From positions 22,931 through 44,645 of the forward strand of contig JBHLNT010000017.1 in assembly GCA_048941265.1 (NCBI GenBank): DNA of 21,715 nt, in the 5' to 3' direction. Both the position numbers and the translations under genes were made by a program. Origin of the DNA: Promethearchaeota archaeon. Lineage in GTDB: Archaea; Asgardarchaeota; Lokiarchaeia; Sigyniarchaeales; SOKP01. The notes under the pieces were generated by a model, which saw nothing but the letters and a program-made list of their open reading frames with translations, was not told the DNA's origin and searched no databases. Of the stretch, positions 18,048 through 21,715 are shown piece after piece; positions within the stretch are counted from its first letter, which is position 1, and every line of letters begins with the position of its first letter.

Positions 18048-18572
18048 ATTTCGCCAGATTATACTTTCAAAATCAGTGTTTTTGGAGATTCGGGGGTAGG
18101 GAAAACTTCTATGATTGTACGTTATCTCACTGACCAATTTGATTTAGAAATTGGAGAAACTATGGGAGTTGATATTAGGATTAAAAAGCTCATTATAAAT
18201 GATACTAATATAACATTACAAATCTGGGACTTTGTAGGCGAGAATAGATTCAGAATCATGTTTCCTAGTTATTCGCGTGGCTCATCAGGAGGGATTTTCA
18301 TGTACGACATTACTAATAAAATTAGTTTGAACAATTTGAACGAATGGCTCAATATTTTTAAAAACATTAATCCTCAGAGTCCTGCCATCATGGTTGGAGG
18401 AAAATCCGATCTTAAGGATATGAGAACTGTTTCAACCGAAGAAGCTATAAGCATATCAAAATCCAATGATTTTTACGATTATCTTGAATGCTCTGCTAAA
18501 ACGGGTGAGAATATTGAAATAATTTTCAGCAAACTACTTGAAAAAATTATGGAGAATGCCGGCTTTTTATAA
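18048..18572 (+). CDS. Rab-like small GTPase (Ras superfamily); true N-terminus lies upstream of 18111
   Basis: In-frame upstream extension SPDYTFKISVFGDSGVGKTS contains G1. Also G2 TMGVD, G3 WDFVGE, RF, G4 GKSD, G5 CSAK. No C-terminal Cys. Start at ATT 18048 is inferred. Confidence 0.88.
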   Translation: MSPDYTFKISVFGDSGVGKTSMIVRYLTDQFDLEIGETMGVDIRIKKLIINDTNITLQIWDFVGENRFRIMFPSYSRGSSGGIFMYDITNKISLNNLNEWLNIFKNINPQSPAIMVGGKSDLKDMRTVSTEEAISISKSNDFYDYLECSAKTGENIEIIFSKLLEKIMENAGFL

Positions 18573-18673
18573 TTTAATTAATAAATTGAAATATTTTTTT
18601 AAATTCAATTATTACTAAATAATATTACAAAGGATATTATTTAAACTCGAAAATAGATTTGATTTGATCATAT

Positions 18674-19906
18674 ATGGGTAATAATATTAAAATTCCCTGG
18701 GCTGCTTGGAGAGAGCCTGAGTATTTGGAATTAAAATTCCCTGATTCATGGAATATTATTGTTTGTAATATGAATGGGTCTCCAGAAGTAAGTGATAAAG
18801 ATATAGAAAAGTCAATTTTAAATCCTATAGGAACACCAACTTTATCAGAATTGGCAAAAGGAAAGAAGAGTGTTGCAATAGTAACAGATGATATGACAAG
18901 AACTACTCCTGTCTATAAGATACTCCCTTATATTCTCAATGAATTGGAGGGGGTTGGCATAAAAAAAGATCAGATTGTAATCCTCTTAGGAATTGGTGCA
19001 CATAGACCAATGAATCGTTATGATTGCATCTTGAAATTAGGAAAAGGAATCGTAGAAACGATGAGAATTGAAAATCATCATCCTTATGAAAACTTAATTG
19101 ACCTAGGAGTGTCTGGGATTGGAACTCCCATTGATGTCAACAAATCTTATTATAATGCTGATTTAAAAATCGCAGTTGGAGGATTAATCCCCCATCCTCT
19201 CGCAGGTTTTGGTGGTGGTGCTAAAATTGTTCTACCGGGAGTTTGCGGTATTAGAACTCTGGAAGGTAATCACAGAGCAGGCTTGGAGGGAAAAGGAGCA
19301 GGTATTGGAAGAATGACGGGAATCAGAAAAGATATCGAAGAGATTGCGGGAAAAGTAGGTTTAGATTTCTCTGTAAATGTAGTTTTTACTGAAAAGGGGA
19401 ATATTGGTGGAATTTTCTCTGGACACTTTAAAGATGCTCATAGAAAGGCAATGGAATTAGCAAAAAAAGTATATAGTACAAAAGTTACATTAGATAACCA
19501 AATCTGCTTTTTTAATTCATGGCCCGAAGATTCAGAGCTCAATCAAGCGCAATATAAGGCATTGAATTTTATGATGACAGCGCCGAATAAATTAATTACT
19601 AGGGATGGAGCTATGGTGTTAATGTCATCCTCATATGAAGGGCGAGGTTATCATAGTCTCATGTCTGAAACGGGTTCCAAACTATATCATAACGCAGGAG
19701 ATGGAATTGCATGGAAAGCTTTTATAAAGAAAAAGAAAGTATACTTTTATTCCCCCAATGTGAATGAGTTTGATGTACATCATTTTTATCCTAAATCTGT
19801 AAAATTATTCAATGAATGGGATCCTCTTATCGAAGAATTAGAAAATATTTATGGTAATTCTCCAACAACAGCCATAGTACCTACAAGTATGCAATTATCT
19901 GAATAA
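18674..19906 (+). CDS. LarA (nickel-pincer lactate racemase) superfamily protein
   Basis: DMTRTTP, GAHRPM, PHPLAGFGGGAKIVLPG and NH motifs. Confidence 0.85.
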   Translation: MGNNIKIPWAAWREPEYLELKFPDSWNIIVCNMNGSPEVSDKDIEKSILNPIGTPTLSELAKGKKSVAIVTDDMTRTTPVYKILPYILNELEGVGIKKDQIVILLGIGAHRPMNRYDCILKLGKGIVETMRIENHHPYENLIDLGVSGIGTPIDVNKSYYNADLKIAVGGLIPHPLAGFGGGAKIVLPGVCGIRTLEGNHRAGLEGKGAGIGRMTGIRKDIEEIAGKVGLDFSVNVVFTEKGNIGGIFSGHFKDAHRKAMELAKKVYSTKVTLDNQICFFNSWPEDSELNQAQYKALNFMMTAPNKLITRDGAMVLMSSSYEGRGYHSLMSETGSKLYHNAGDGIAWKAFIKKKKVYFYSPNVNEFDVHHFYPKSVKLFNEWDPLIEELENIYGNSPTTAIVPTSMQLSE

Positions 19907-19934
19907 CTTTTTTTTCTCTTTTAGTTTCTTTTTT
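19907..19934 (+). terminator. Oligo-T archaeal-type terminator after the LarA-family gene
   Basis: Pyrimidine/T-rich run ctttttttttctcttttagtttctttttt immediately after the stop, in a convergent gap. Confidence 0.45.
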
Positions 19935-19972
19935 AAAACTCTCAATCTTATTAACAAATTTTAGCCAAAAGT

Positions 19973-21334
19973 TTACATTTCTTCTCGTATTTTAAGGATT
20001 TTCTTCTTTAATTTTTTAATCCGAGAGTCAGAACCATCATATATTAGAAAGCCTTCAAGAATTTTCAATGCCTTTTGATAACAATATATAGCATTTATAT
20101 AATCATTATTTTTTTCTGCATTTTCCCCTGTTTCAAGAGCAAAATCTAATTCTACCTGCTTAGCTTTTTTCTTGGTTTCAAAGATCATTCTTGAAATCTT
20201 ATTGATATCATCCTTTAAACTAAATTTTTTCGCAACAATGAGTGCTTTATTATATTCCTTTCGGGTGATATCAAACGTTGAAGATTTTTCTGCTGTTTTC
20301 CCTCTTTTTATAAGATTTTTAATTAATTGTTTTGCGCCATCATTGTTTAAATTCTCCATCTGTCCTTCAAGTTCGTTTATATCATCATCATTAATGATTA
20401 TCGATGAGATAGGTTTAATTTTTATCGCACGTTTATGATTTGCTTCTTTATTTAATTCAAGGTTAGAAACAACGGTTTCTAACTTCATAGGAACGATAAT
20501 ACTTTTATTTAAAAGGTTATAAATTCCATGAAGTATAACTTTAGCATCTATATTTACAATCTTTTTGAGTTTCTCTAGCAGAGTATTAATATAGAAAAAG
20601 GATTTTGCACTCAGAGTATCTTTTGCAAGTTTTATTATCACACTCTGAATTGGATCATCATTTATTTCTTCTAAAAATTCTGGAGGAATTGCATATGCCA
20701 ATGTCATAGGAAAAACGAAATTAATATTGAATGAGCCAATGATAAACTCAACCATATGTTTGGAACTAAAAGCCCCAGTATTTTGATATATAATTAGTTG
20801 TTCTTTGAAACGGTTTTCAAATTCAGATAAAAAATGTGAGACAAGATTTTTCATATGTTCAGACGAGTTATGGTCAAGTATCATAATTAACCTTATATAA
20901 TCTCCGTTCTTTAGCAATATATTGAATTTTTTATATTGTAATTCATAAAAAGGGTTTTCTAAAACTAAACCTGAATCTGTATTCAGCCCTTTGCTCGATT
21001 CTGAAAAAGTTATGTTTGCCTGAATGAATCCACTCAACAGCTCAACTTCTATGTCAACAGCGGAAACAGGATAATTGAGGAGCGCAATACCTGATTCTTT
21101 ATCCATTAGAATGATATGCTTAATATTTAAAACATCGAGGAAAATCTGCCATATTCTATTCCGTTCCGCCTGAATTCGTTTCTCATCTACACTTAAAATT
21201 TGCATATCAGAACTAAGTTCAAATCCCATTTTTTTTAATCGATTTGTTACACATTCGTTACAAGATTTAGGAGCTTTAGGACAATTCAGAGTACCACAAT
21301 TGAACCTTAACCCATTTATGATAAATATTGCCAT
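19973..21334 (-). CDS. Soluble multidomain protein: N-terminal Cys4 cluster, longin-like domain, possible winged helix, C-terminal TPR/MIT-like helices
   Basis: CGTLNCPKAPKSCNEC; IILMDKESGIALL, ELLSGFIQANITFS, YKKFNILLKNGDYIRLIMIL, FLSEFENRF; two GxxAEK...YxKAL helical hairpins. Confidence 0.68.
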   Translation of the reverse strand: MAIFIINGLRFNCGTLNCPKAPKSCNECVTNRLKKMGFELSSDMQILSVDEKRIQAERNRIWQIFLDVLNIKHIILMDKESGIALLNYPVSAVDIEVELLSGFIQANITFSESSKGLNTDSGLVLENPFYELQYKKFNILLKNGDYIRLIMILDHNSSEHMKNLVSHFLSEFENRFKEQLIIYQNTGAFSSKHMVEFIIGSFNINFVFPMTLAYAIPPEFLEEINDDPIQSVIIKLAKDTLSAKSFFYINTLLEKLKKIVNIDAKVILHGIYNLLNKSIIVPMKLETVVSNLELNKEANHKRAIKIKPISSIIINDDDINELEGQMENLNNDGAKQLIKNLIKRGKTAEKSSTFDITRKEYNKALIVAKKFSLKDDINKISRMIFETKKKAKQVELDFALETGENAEKNNDYINAIYCYQKALKILEGFLIYDGSDSRIKKLKKKILKIREEM

Positions 21335-21715
21335 TATATTCCCATTATATTATAATAACAAGAAAAAATTATAAGAATTCAACAAAATTACTTCAGATAC
21401 CGTAACATTTTTTTTCTATTATTTTAATTGTAGTAAATTAAGCAAATTTAAATTTTTAGTTCTAATAAAATAGAAAATTAATAAATCAAAAGGAAATCCT
21501 TTAATCGGATGCGGAAAAGGACTAAATCATCTTCTAGGATATCATTACAAAACAAGATTCTTATTAATATACGTATCTTAGTATAATTATAGTTATAAAA
21601 AATAAGACATAAAATGGGCGTGTAGATAAAAGTGAGTGAAGAAAAAATTAATTTAAAAAAAAGGAGCAATGAGATTTTTGAAGTAATTAGAAATACTGCT
21701 TTTTATTATGCTCCA

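Noticed and set aside
20172-20438. 88-aa plus-strand ORF
   Set aside because: Antisense to the 453-aa longin-like gene.
21478-21669. 63-aa minus-strand hydrophobic ORF
   Set aside because: Non-ATG start, AT-rich low-information sequence, no recognisable motif; cannot be supported.

Overview
AT-rich, gene-dense archaeal window, most likely Asgard Lokiarchaeia. This is inferred from a Rab-like small GTPase without a prenylation tail, three longin-type domains and an IPGY-TM-basic (Loki/PGF-CTERM-like) sorting tail. In order it contains: the 3' part of a repeat-rich surface protein; a 2xATPase/2xpermease ABC-2 exporter; a DSD1-type PLP enzyme with RidA; an internally deleted MFS pseudogene; a stand-alone 7TM protein; a SAM methyltransferase; deoxyhypusine synthase divergent from a pyruvoyl arginine decarboxylase; a tiny hyper-acidic protein; a second MFS remnant; an N-acyl-D-amino-acid deacylase; a QueG-like Fe-S protein; two tandem 7TM-longin fusions followed by the GTPase; a LarA-family protein; and a convergent Cys-cluster/longin/helical protein. 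The two best candidates for undescribed systems are (1) the 7TM-longin pair plus small GTPase, a possible receptor/GEF/GTPase module, and (2) the DHS-PdaD-acidic peptide locus, where the peptide N-terminus aligns without gaps to the eIF5A hypusine loop. All family calls come from reading motifs by eye; no searches were run.
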